64,000 nucleotides of DNA from Orbicella franksi (lineage: Eukaryota): positions 30,752,001 to 30,816,000 of the forward strand of contig OZ116707.1 in assembly GCA_964199315.1 (NCBI GenBank), written 5' to 3'. This document shows, one piece after another, positions 51,701 to 64,000 of the stretch. The translations under genes were made by a program, and so were the position numbers. How positions within the stretch are numbered: position 1 is the stretch's first letter; each line of letters opens with the position of its first letter. Under the pieces are notes generated by a model, which saw only the letters and a program-made list of their open reading frames with translations, was not told the DNA's origin and ran no database searches.

Positions 51701-54700
51701 ATATCATATCATTGTCTTCTCAGTGTGGTTTTACTCCATTGACTCTCCCTCAGCGATGACGGGCTTGTTATAGATACTGGTAGTATATTTTATTCAAGCC
51801 ACGCGGTACCAATATATACGTCCCCTGCTGAGAACTTATTTTTGAACTTTTCATTTGATGCTAACCTTCATAGCAAGTTAAGTTTGACAATATTGCTTTA
51901 TAGTTTGATTGTGATGAATATTCAGTAATAAATTAGAAAAAGCCCCCAAGATATTGATGCAAGTGATCAGTATAAGTGAAAATTACTCTTGCTTTTGTAA
52001 TGAACAATGAAACCAAATCATTGGTCAACATTTCAAATGTTAAATTGACTGAATGGTTGTCATTTGTAAGCCAAAACAAAGCTTTTAGTTTATTATCACA
52101 GCTCTTCAAATGGACAAACTATCAGATTATGGAATGCATAGTTTGAATGGTGCAATAAGACTAACTTAAGTGACGACACAGGGCTGCAATATCCTACAAA
52201 TCAAAATCATACAATGGTAATTCTTTGATATTACTCAAGTGATTTGCGTTGGTAAAATTAAAGTGATGTACTTGTTAAATCAGAGAACATCACTCTTGTT
52301 GGCCCTCTTACATCTGCTAGGACACTTCATGTGGAATGTTGTGGTGATACACTGTAAACAATTTCCACTGAGAGGAATAGAAAGAATGTGAGAGTTTGGA
52401 AGCAAGCATCAGTTATCATAACATACTTTGAAATATTGAACGTTCCTCAACTCTGATAATGTTCTAAAGAATGTTAATTACCTTGGGCACAATGTTTCAG
52501 AAAACACTCCCTGTTAAATGCACTAAGTGGGTTGTAAAGCATGGCATTGCTGAATTGTTGATCTGAAAAATATTTTCTGAAATTCAAGTCTTATTATTAT
52601 AGCTGTAATTATTTTTGTCAATAGTAAACAAAATACCTTTAGATAAATCTGGATTAAGTTGTTTTTTCTTTTTTATGTACATGCAATATTCCAGAGTGTT
52701 TTGGATTTTTCTTTCCAACAGATTGTTTAATCAATATTTGTAGCTGAAAGCAGTGCTTACATTTTGGTAATTGCTTTATACTGCTTCTGTTGTTAAGCAC
52801 TGGTTTACATGTATCTGGGGTTCATACTAATTTGCAAATAATTTCAGCTCTTCAGAGTGCCTCATGCAGAAAAGTTACCCATACAGTGTAAAATATATTT
52901 ATCTATAGAGCTTTTACTTGGGGCTTTGAATTGTGTTATTAAATGTATTTTGCACATTTTAAATTGAATTTTATCCTACAGTTAGATTGTATATATCAAA
53001 TGAATATCCTAAAGCAGGGAACGTCCCATATAGGGATAACCTCTGACATTTCCTCATATCGTTTACTACATAATTTTTTTTTGTATGGTATAGTTTGTAA
53101 CTGGTTACTGTTAAACCAATTTTGAGTGACTAATAATAAAGTTACTACTACATAAAAGTGATGGGTATTCCTGACAAACTTGTTGTAATGTTGGTAGCAA
53201 TTCAAACACATTGGATTCTAAGTATACTAAATAAAAGATTCTATTTGTACGTGATCCATCAACCATTTTCACACTGGAGACACCATATCTCCAGTGAATA
53301 CATGCAACACAATGGATGTAATTCAAGGTGCCAAACAATCTCATCTAGGTTAATCTGTTGGCCTGACTAATTGAGATGGATGAAATAAAGTTTGACTAGT
53401 GTCCCAAGATAAGAGATAAGTTACCTCTTTAATATGTGAATGCAACCCCTCTGAGACAAGTTGAACATCTTTGAGAATTAACTTACCTACATTTATGGCT
53501 CCAGTGTTACAACAAAGTCCTGCATCACTTATACATTGTTATAAATCTTTAAGGTCACTTCAGTTAGATAGTACAAATGCACCTTGGTTAGATCTCTGCA
53601 TTAGTATGATGCTGATTCACAAAGCAATGTTTTAATTTCAGAAGCTGAGAGCTTAAGATGTAGGTGTAGTACACACAACTGTCCTGGCGACCATCTCAAT
53701 GAAACTTGCACAACTGAAGGTCACTGCTATAAGAAAGTGGAACCAGGAGTTGATGACAGCTATGAGCTCATCACATATGGCTGCTTACCACCTAAAGAGA
53801 AGACTAGAATGCAATGCAACACTCCAGATCACGTTCATAAGAAACAACTTTCCATGGAGTGCTGCAGACATGCTGACATGTGTAACACATTGCTGCAGCC
53901 AAGTTTACCAACAACACCCTCTCCTACCACAGGTACAGGGCTTTTGCTATTTTGATTTGAAACTGGGTGGGTGCTGCTTTTGGTTTTAAATGAGTATTTG
54001 TTCCTAGTTTACATCCTTATAAAGTATGCGAGGACAAATGTATGGTGTACAGCTGCCAACTGGATGAACTGTTTGGTTTGTCTCATTACTACAGTTCATA
54101 GAATTTTGTTTGAAGTAAACAAATGTGGAGGTGTTAGAAGTAGGTTTCCCTGCAGGACTCAAAAATAAAAATATCTTAAGTGACTGGCAAAGGAAAAATA
54201 GTAGCCAAATGCAAAAATGTAACTACCAGAAGGTATAATAACAGGAAATAAGAATGTAGGGCATCATTAACATCACTATACGGCTTCTGGTTGTGGCCTT
54301 GGAATACATCGAATTATTCTCCACTGAAGTGACTCAAAGTAGCAACCAAGTGATCTTCAGATGAAAATTATGCAGCTAAATGCAAGCCTTCTGAAAATAG
54401 TCCAGATATGCTATATGTAAAAGTGATATAGTAATAGTAATAGTCATAATTTATTTTATGTCGAAAAAGTGGAAAGTGTTTGCACAATCTTCCCAGCCAG
54501 AGGCTCATGATATGTGATGAAACTTACTGTCATTGAGCCACTTTTGCACTAAAACACTTACCTTCAACCATGCACACTTAATTTAAGGTGACCAAAGATT
54601 AAATTTGTCAGGGCAATATTTTAATTATTGATATAGTTGCTTGATTATATCTTTTGCTCTGGTGAGTTTTCTTAGTTTACTCCTGAAATGATCTGAACAA

Positions 54701-57700
54701 AACTTCCACAATCCTTGATATTCTTGGCCATGATATTATTCTACAGCAAACAATTATTGAGTAACTGTTTTACCCAGGAGTAGAGTTATCATATTATAAC
54801 AGTATCATTTCTTACCTCCAGGAAAGTAAACTTGAAATCCACTATCCAATACTTAACCATGTGGATATATATTGATCACGGCACTTAAGCCTCAAGAACA
54901 GAAACTAAGTCTTGAAATCCACTAACCCTCACTTAACCAAACTGATAATCTGATCAACACTCTGCTACTGGAGTGGAGCAACAGTATCTCTATCAGTAGC
55001 TCTACTCTTCTGTTTCATAAACATTCATAGGGAAGAATCCTGTTAGTTAATCCATTAACTACTTCTGGCTTAATTTCCCTCAATGTTCAATATATACTGT
55101 TTTGACCCAGGAGTGATCACATGGTCAATTTCTCTCCAGAATTTCCCTCCAACTCAAGCATTTATTCATCATGTATCTTATATTATATGAAACTCATTAT
55201 CGTCCTCATTGTTGTTGTCACCCTCGTGGTCGTCGTCATCATCATTACCATAGGGAAATTATCTTCTGTTAATGTTCTCCCAAATAGTAACAATAAAGAA
55301 ATGTATTAAGGTAAGTAAGGAGAATTTTTACTTGCATGCTTTTGCCAAAACGTATACCTATTAATAGTGTTTTTTACCTTGTTTTAGTTGAGACTGTTGC
55401 AGAAGAGTCTGAAGATGGTGTCACAGAGCAGTATTCCATTCTCTTTATCAGTGCTGGTGTTTGTGTTGCAGTGTTTATAATCTTCCTTGGGGTTCTTTGT
55501 TTCCGGTAAGTACTTACTGTTTGTCAGTCTATTTAATTCTCCTTCACAGATTTCATAAGAAGCCAGGCTTATACAGAGGTCTGACCCCCGTTAAAACTCA
55601 CACAGCCATCTTCTTTTCACTGGTATAGTTATTATGCAAATGTATGCCTGAGGTTCTCAAAATTAAATGAAAGCTTAGTCCTTTTTTAATCAGCTGATTA
55701 GCAGTGCTCATTAAGTGTTACAAACAGCCAGTTAGCCACAGACAGCTTAAAATTCATTTTAGATGGTGCTTTGGAAGGAAAGACAGCCAGTTTATTCAGG
55801 AGCACTTTTGCTATTTTAGGCCTCAAATTGTATTTTTAAGAGCTTAGACGTCAAAACTGATGGTTTCTTGAAGAGAACATCTCCAATCTGAATATGCCTG
55901 AATGTCTCTCCAACATATATACCGTGTAGAATTGAAAATGTGTAGTGAAATGGTTCGCATGATGTTTTGTTTCTAGCTTTAGAGTATCACGCAGAGTTCC
56001 TTCGCCCCTCGATGTTGAGAAGTATGCACATCCATATGTAACACCAGGAGAAACGCTCAAAGATATGCTTGATCAGAGCTCTGGTAGTGGTTCAGGTTTG
56101 CCACTTCTGGTAAGTAAAAACATGCTATTAATGGAACATTAAGTAATCTTAGAGGAAATACTGACTATAATGTTAAAAATCATAATAAAAGTACTGGCCA
56201 AAAAACAGCAGATTAAGGTTCTTGTATTTTGTCTATATAATAGGCACAGTGCAATTACTCAGATTCCCCTTCATTCTTGCAAAAAAGTAAAATTGGTTTA
56301 CTCTGGAATATAGGTTGAACATAATGATGTTGTCTTACGTCCATCACCCTGTGAATTTCTTCACTTGTATGTGGTTGAATTTCTTTTAGGTTCAGAGAAC
56401 CATTGCCAAACAAGTCACGCTTGTTAGGAGTGTTGGTAAAGGGAGATATGGTGAAGTGTGGCAGGCAAGGTGGCGTGGAGAAGATGTAGCAGTCAAAATA
56501 TTCCTTTCCCACTGTGAATCCTCTTGGCAAAGGGAAACAGAAATCTACCAAACTGTTTTACTACGTCATGAGAGCATCCTTGGATTCATAGCATCAGACA
56601 TTATTGGAAGCAATCAGGTTACACAGATGTACCTGATATCAGATTATCACCCTTATGGCTCATTATACGATTTCTTACGGTGCCATTGCCTTAACAAGAA
56701 GACCATGATCAAACTGGCATTGTCTGCTTCTGCAGGACTGACTCATCTTCATACTGAAATCCAAGGAACAAAGGGCAAACCTCCTATTGCACATCGTGAT
56801 ATTAAGAGCAAGAACATCCTAGTAAAAGAAAACCTGACCTGCTGCATTGCAGATTTTGGACTTGCTGTTAAGTACTCATCAGAAACTGAAGAGATAGACA
56901 TCAAGCCAGACACAAGAGTAGGAACTAGAAGATACATGGCTCCTGAGGTGTTAGACAATGCATTGGACACTAGACACTTTGCCGCATTTAAGATGGCAGA
57001 CATTTACTCTTTTGGACTGGTCTTGTGGGAGATTGCTAGACGGTGTATTTCTGATGGCAAGTATTCTACATTTTGTCCTGTATCAAAATTGGAATAATTA
57101 ATAAGGCTGATTCAAGCAACTCATGATAAGTGACCTATTAAATAAGTAACTCCATTCAGCTTCCAGAGAAAGCTACTGACAATGAGTGAAAGTGTCTCTC
57201 TGTATGGGATCAATTTGTTAGATTGCTCAGCGAGGGCTTGAATCAAACAGCCAGAAGCAAATAAACACCAGGTCACCATGCCTTCCACAATTGACAGAGA
57301 ATTCATAATGAAATTCTGTGCTCGAGTTAGTCACAGCTGCAGTGTACATTATACATGAGCGAATTTCTAGAACTTTCTAACTTGTTCCTTATTATTTCAG
57401 AAACTGGTTTGTGTGAAGAATATCAAGTACCCTATTTTGACATGTTGCCTGGAGATCCCTCATTTGATGAAGTCAAGAAAGTTGTACTTACAGAAAAGAA
57501 GCGGCCTTCAGTGCCCAATAGATGGTATCGAGATGAGGTAAGATTTGTAGCTTTGTAGTAATCATAGACCAAAAGCAACAATACCTATTAGTAAGTACTA
57601 TGAATAAAAGAACATCATATAGAACACTTAGAATTCAAACTGTTAGCCCACGCAAAGGTAAAGTATGTCAACTTGGCAATGTTAATAAATGATAAATAAA

Positions 57701-58147
57701 TAATAACAATAGAGAGAAATGACCCTCAATGCTTTCCCTACCAAAATAAAATTATCCATGGGTTATTCTACAGATTTTGTACAGTATAAATAATTAAATT
57801 TGATACATTAAGCTTAAATTTAAGTTTTGTGTGCCCTCTCAACTACAATATCTTGAAGTCTAAACTGAGTAAATACTGTCAAGAAGGGATCAAACTTGCT
57901 AGTACTATCAAGTCATGCAAAAGACAAGATTGAAGGCTCTTAAAATAATCACCTGTGAATCTCTTTACAGTCTCTTCAAACAGTGGCCAAACTGATGACA
58001 GAGTGTTGGGCAAACCATCCTGCGGCTCGGTTAACTGCTTTGAGAGTGCAGAAAACTATGAACAAACTCAAGAAGTCCATGGATTATATAGACCAACCAT
58101 TCAGTGTTGATGATGACAGCCCTCGCACTAGTGTTACAACAGCATAA
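48794..58147 (+). CDS. BMPR1: BMP type I receptor (ALK3/6-thickveins-like) Ser/Thr kinase, ~530 aa
   Basis: Exons 48794-48863, 53642-53932, 55388-55505, 55977-56109, 56390-57056, 57401-57537, 57971-58147 (1593 nt). Signal peptide; ectodomain with ECC....MCN..LQPSLP; TM; GS box [19 protein letters not shown]; kinase [17 protein letters not shown]; L45 region [14 protein letters not shown] closer to BMPR1 than ALK2 or ALK5. Confidence 0.93.
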
Positions 58148-58690
58148 AGAGGAACGCTTGTAGACTCAACACAGGCAGTGTCGATTGCACTGAGGCTTGC
58201 CTGTCGATCAAGAGACAGTTAGCAGATCTATGTGCTAATTCTCATGATTCTGCTTTGAAATTATCCAGCCATGAGTAGAACAAGAACAAAGTACCTTACA
58301 AACTGACAGGAATGTACTTTGTACATTTTTCACTTTCCATTTACTCAAAAACCATGTAAACTGCCCCCAAGCTGAAGGGCATTTAATGATGAAACAAATG
58401 TAATTAATGCCTTCCAGTTTTTACTGTAGATCAAAGTTTGTTTCAGTTTAAAATGGAACATTAGGGTATGAAGGGGGAATTCTAAGGGAATTTAAAACAA
58501 AAATGGATTTAACAACATGGGTTTCAATTGCCATGTAATTGGTAAGTTCTGCAACAAGAAATACCCTCCATAAATCAAAATAAGTTCAAAGAAAGTATAT
58601 TATTGCAATTGCTGGAAAGAACACTAGCTTAGTATGTGTCAGGAAAATTATATTTTTTTAAGATGCTCCCCTGTTACTTCCCAATTTCAA

Positions 58691-59769
58691 GAGTTTTATA
58701 AACCTGCAAGTCAGCAAGCCATGCGAGCCAAAGGGTGAGCCATGCGAGTCATGCGAGTCATGCGAGCCCTAGTAAAAATGTTAAGATTTTTTATTTGTTA
58801 CATTTACATTCACATGAGAACAAGAACAAGAGCAACGGAACAAGATGAATAAGATCGCAATATTAAATTCTTGCAATATTAAATTCTAAGGGAAGGGACA
58901 ACCACATGCAGCAGTCAGCCAACCGACAAAGTTTTGGTAACTCTGATTCACTAAAGAGCGAACCTGTTAAAATTAAGCGATTCACTCACCATTCTTGACG
59001 CCAATACACGGAGTTGCCCTGAAGTACTGTTCTCTTTTTTCTTGAATGATTTTCAACGTGGATATCAATGAATGACAGGTGCCAATGGATACCATTCACT
59101 TACCCATTCGAGTAGTGGTGGGGCGGTGGAGCTGTACGTTTCTCTCAGAAAATTTCTTTACTGTAGTCCTGAACCTTAATAAATTTTTGACGCATTGTTT
59201 TTATTTTTTGCGGATCCTGGGCGATTTGAATACGCAAAATTTTCTCCAAACAACAAAAATATGAAACAAAGAAAAAAATTCATCACACTCAGGGTAGCCA
59301 TGATTACTATGACGCAAGACTTGGCATGATGTATATGTGCAGATGTTTAGAGCATTTTTCATATTTGCTGCACCAGCAATAGTTCTGGTAACCGAAGCGA
59401 GATTAGGATTTTCTTTTGGGAATATTTCAATTGTAGGCACTTTTGTAGCTAAATTTTTATTTAAAATTAATTTCCCAGGCCCGGAAAGAGAGAGTACTCT
59501 AGGAGCAAGGTTGTACCGTTTATACTCGTCCCCAGGGTCATCTCCGCTTTCAAGATGGCGGGCGAGCGGTTTATAGAGATAGTTTAGTGATAGTCGGGTG
59601 CGAGATCTATGTTTCTTGGCGAAACGTCGATGACCTCCCAGACCAGTTGAAGAAAAAAAAAATACTCGCATAAATGGCTTGCATGACTCGCATGACTCGC
59701 ATGGCTCACACCGTGGCTCGCATGGCTCGCTGGCTCGCATGGCTCGCTGGCTCGCAGATTTAGCAGACC
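58691..59769. mobile_element. Non-autonomous MULE/Foldback-like DNA transposon (~1.08 kb)
   Basis: 78-94-bp imperfect TIRs made of CATGCGAGY repeats; 10-bp direct repeat CCAATTTCAA at 58681-58690 and 59770-59779. Confidence 0.8.
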
Positions 59770-60522
59770 CCAATTTCAATGGTTTTGTTTTTGGTGACTG
59801 TCCCTGAAAAAGTGACCAGTTACTGTAGTGGTGCTAATTATTGTAGATTATTGTATAATAAAAATGTACATAGGATTTATCATTTTGATGTTGGAACTTT
59901 AATATGTACTTAATCACAGGGTCATGGAGGTTGACTACTAATTTAGCAAAGATGGAAAATGCACAAACTGAATGGCTGCCTAGTTTGTTTACATAAATTT
60001 ATTTAACATGGGCAAAATTTTGTGTTAACATTTCTTATCTAGATACAGAATTAAAAAATTACCTCTTCCATGTTATCTATATATGTGGCTTCATGCAAAC
60101 GAGTGATTTATCTTTTGGGGGAGATTATTGTTTGTCACGAGTGTTTTGATACACACCTTATATCTGAGTACCTTGTGTCCAGTCCTGTGTGCTTTTTACT
60201 TCCCACTTACTTGTATCATGTTCATTCAATTTTTAACCCTTCATGTAGCTGTTCAACTCAAGATTCGTGTTAACTAATTTGCATAAAACTATAAAACAAA
60301 AAAAATTGAAAACACTTATCAACAGTTTAAAGGTCAAATCTTTTTAATGACTAAGTTTTCAATGCTTTGTTTTTGGTTTAATGTGTGTTACCATGACCAA
60401 AATAAAGGAACTTCAAAGATTGGCTATGCTTAAGTCTCAAGTTTAAAACAACTAACAAGTGTCTTTTAGTAATCCTACCTGGTCACAGTTACTGTACTCT
60501 AATTCTAAACCTAAAAATTAAC

Positions 60523-60703
60523 AAATTGATGTCATTTTTTATGTATCTGTCCTCTTATTGATGATAAATTGCATCATAACATTGTCAAAGTGGCTGTGTA
60601 ACCAGTCGCCTACGGCTTGTGGTTCTGCAGTAAACTTTGACAATGTTATGATGCAATTTATCATCAATAAGAGGACAGACGCATAAAAAACTGATGTCAA
60701 TTT
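60523..60703. repeat. Inverted repeat, ~69-bp arms with 42-nt spacer
   Basis: Arms 60523-60591 and 60634-60703; central ~45 bp complement perfectly. Confidence 0.9.
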
Positions 60704-61791
60704 ATTTTTTACAATAACAAGACCCGAAAATGGTCAAATGCCGGGAATAAATGAGGGGAAAAGACGTGGTAAACTTGTCGTAAACAAAGATAAGTGAATT
60801 GTATTCAAAAATGATGTGAACATTGTCGATAGCTTTTCTCGCTTTTTGATTGGCTACTTAAAAAAGTCCATAAAATCTCATTAAAAGTTGACAGACAGCT
60901 GAAAGTTGAACTTGAAAGCTTGCATAAATTAAAATTTTGTACATCTGTGTTCTTACTGATGATAAAATGAGCCAATCAGCACGTGAGAAATTAGACAGTT
61001 ATTGTAAAATATGTAAATTGATCCTTATAGTTTAGTCTGTTTGAAATTTTTCGTTGGTACCTCTCAGGTTGAAATTTAAACAAAAAACTGGCGGGCCAGG
61101 AGCTTCACTTTTAGGCTTGGCTAAATCTATGTATTATTCATGGGGAGGGCCGGGGAGTACCGGTAAGTCAGTGCATGATTACTTCCTGTTCCAAGAGTGT
61201 TCCAGGTAAATCCTCATTGCAGTCGCTGAGTATCTTATGCTTGAAAATAGAGGAGATATCTTGTAAGTTCTCTCTTTCTCTCAATCATGGAGTTTCAACA
61301 AACTCCTCAACCTGCAAATGAAAGTGACACCAAAGTGACATAATTATAATTCTGGCTAAAAATAGCCAGAGCCATACTGACGCATCAGCTGTAAATTTTC
61401 TGCCATAGTATACCGTGAAGCTAACAAATGAGAAAGCTGAAGGCAAAATGTGATAAATAGCTGTGATGTGATATTTTACTAAGAAAAAAAAGACATTGCA
61501 ATACTGCACTTACTAGTTTGGCTACCCAGTGGAAATGAGTACTGTCAAAGTGTTGTAAGAGTGAAGATATTCAGTTAATCCATCAGGAATACAATTATTT
61601 TGCTTTTAAAATTTTAATTTCTTTTAGGACTTTAGACCTTCCAGTTGGGAAATGATCGAGCGGTACTGGGTCTGAGTGTTCCGTGATGTCATCGTATACG
61701 CGCCTTTCCCATTCTCTCAGACGGAACCATCTTTGGGGAGGTTTGCTAGCCTCATCTTTTCGAACAGTTTTGTAAAATTGTCGCCGATATT

Positions 61792-63082
61792 ATGGAGCAA
61801 TCCGACCGTGATATATTGCGCAAAAACAGGCAGGATTTATTGAAGGATATGGAGGCGAAAAGAGTCGCTTCGCGGCTTTACTCGAGAGGTATTTTCAGCG
61901 AAGAAGATAAGGACGAGGTGAACTCCAAATCTACTACGAATGAGCAAGGAGAATGTTTGCTTGACATTCTTCCCAAAAGAGGACCAAAAGCTTTTCGTGC
62001 CTTTTGCGACGTCTTACACGAATTGTCTCCTCACTTGGAATCACTTCTGAGGCCGGTTCAAGAAGCGGGTGAGATACTTTGTATGTTGCCATTGTCAACT
62101 GAAAATTAGTATGCTTATCAAATTCGATCGATCGAGCTCAAGCACGAATTCTTTTATCGTGCAGTTTTGAACATTGTATAGCAAGCGTGCATAACTCCAA
62201 TCAAGATAATTCTTTACCATTTAAAATGTTTAAGTATTGCCCTTTTGTTTGCACTCCTTATCCTTGTCAATATTGGTACCATTTCCGAAGTGTACACCAG
62301 GCTGTAAAATTTTATTCATAGTGCGGTATCCATCTGTAAAATAGTTAATGGTAAAGGTTTGAGCTTCTTTAGCTGAGTCATGTTTTTGGTCGTCACAAAC
62401 TGCTTGTAGCATCATACTTCCGGGCAATGCCCTTTCTCGGAAAAAAAAGGCAAGTGTCGCATCGATCGTGAGTTCATTGCATGCCGGTTAATTTAACCAA
62501 TTATTATTGACTTCGACGATGATGTTGTCTCCCCTCAGATTCCATTCAGCTTGATTTTCATTTTTTTTTATTATCTCATTAACCTGGAACAAAGAATACT
62601 AACAATAAGATGTCATCTTGCATGCTTTGTCTCACTGATTGGTCCAACAGTCTTTCCCTAACTCAAATGTCCTATCTTCTGGTGAATGTCCATTACAGTG
62701 TTCAAATGGTTTACTGCAGGTACAACTCTGGGACCTTGTTGAAATTATGCACTGTTACTCACATTAGTATTCTTCTGTTCTGATTTGTTTTGTTTTATTA
62801 TTTTCAGATGTCATATGAGTTTGCCATGAAATATGTCATTCCAGTTTAATAACCAGATTGAAATATCTACTTTATTATTTCCCAATTTCTAGTCATTTCT
62901 TCCCATTTCCACATGACTTGAACTTCCCATAGCTTGAATCTTTCCTGATTGCCTTGAAGGTTCAAGTTATCAGGTGTCAACTTTAACAACTGGTCTCCCT
63001 TTTCAAACAGGAATACCAAGTGAAGGTACTGATGGTGGAAACAAGAACCCTATCTCTAGCACTTCAAACCTTGGTGCATCAG
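61792..63082 (+). CDS. CARD-domain protein, first two exons (gene continues beyond window)
   Basis: Exon 61792-62068 MEQSDRDILRKNRQDLLKDM...LLDILPKRGPKAFRAFCDVL...HLESLL is a typical CARD; phase-1 exon 63011-63082 continues in frame (GIPSEGTDGG...). Confidence 0.85.
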
Positions 63083-64000
63083 GTACTTGACAATAAATAA
63101 ATTACTAATTATTCTTAATTTAATGTAGGTGAATATTGGACACACTGTATGCCACATTTGATCTTGAGATTGGACCAGAATAATTTGTTATGTTTATGAA
63201 GTGTAATGCAATCCTAATCCAGTCAGTATTGAGATTTTTTTAGACAATCGTGTTCACTGTTTTGGCCTCCCCGCAGCAGGGGCAAATTACATCATGGGGT
63301 ACGCAGTCATGTGTATAGATTTGAGGCAAGTGTTCAAAGCTGCAGTTTGGCACTTAAATGCTGTGATTTTCGGCAATAGGTGACTCTACCCTTGTCATCC
63401 AGAGTGACTATTTTGTACCTTGGCGATGGCAAATGTTCATGAATTGTTTCAGGTTGTGTAGGAAATGACCGGGATATATGGTTAGAAAATAAAAGTTTCC
63501 GAGTTGTAGCTCGGACTAGCTCGGTCAATGACCATGATTTGTTTTCTGAAAACAAACTTTCCTCGTCTTGTAGCTGTGATTTATGTTTAGAACTCTTTTA
63601 ACCTCTTTCATTTGTGTAAACAAGATGTAAATTCGAGCAACTGAAACAAATACAAACACCAAGTAAAATTGACAAGATGTAAAGTATTGGTGACAAGCTG
63701 TCTAACAGCGTCAGCTGGTCAAAATTTATTTTCTTGAGAAATATCTATCACGAAATATCTATCAAGTGTTAGTGATCTGAAATTGAAGTTTGAGTTTCAC
63801 AAACAGTTAAATAAAATGTCTTTGCTGTAAAATATTTTGTCCAGTACAAGTTAAAACTTTATTATTAAAACCATTTTTAGGGGTCGCTGCTGCGGGATCT
63901 AATTTATTCATCGTTAGGTAAACTTTACGCGCAAATCGTTATCTGTCATTTTGATCAAACTTTGTTTGTCAAATATGTAAAGTACACCCGTGAATGCACC

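Noticed and set aside
58700-59760. Short regular repeats as a CRISPR-like array
   Set aside because: Head-to-tail 9-mers without unique spacers, no cas genes, eukaryotic context.
59201-59779. 192-aa minus-strand ORF as a transposase or novel repeat protein
   Set aside because: The PCE/SCE repeats are simply translation of the 9-bp TIR units; no DDE or other motifs.

Overview
Intron-rich eukaryotic DNA, most consistent with an anthozoan cnidarian (probably a stony coral; inferred from gene and repeat content, not proven). I reconstructed five protein-coding genes by hand from splice sites and phase: (1) + strand 1273-13396, an 11-exon, ~1375-aa secreted GH116/GBA2-related glycosidase with two MANEC-like modules, an inserted PAN/apple module and a Lys-rich insert; (2) - strand 34517-15100, a 25-exon, ~1075-aa CDH23/CDHR2-like cadherin (7 EC repeats, MAD, TM, tail ending DTTEL); (3) - strand single-exon class A GPCR at 40234-38999; (4) + strand 48794-58147, a 7-exon BMP type I receptor; (5) + strand from 61792, a CARD-containing gene running out of the window. 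There is one intronic tRNA-Ser(GCT), many MITEs and microsatellites, a MULE-like element after the BMP receptor, and a 149-N gap. The most striking structure is a ~2.5-kb head-to-head palindrome of a 5'-truncated Penelope-like retroelement in cadherin intron 2, with a hammerhead ribozyme in each arm. All homology calls are from recognised motifs; no searches were run.
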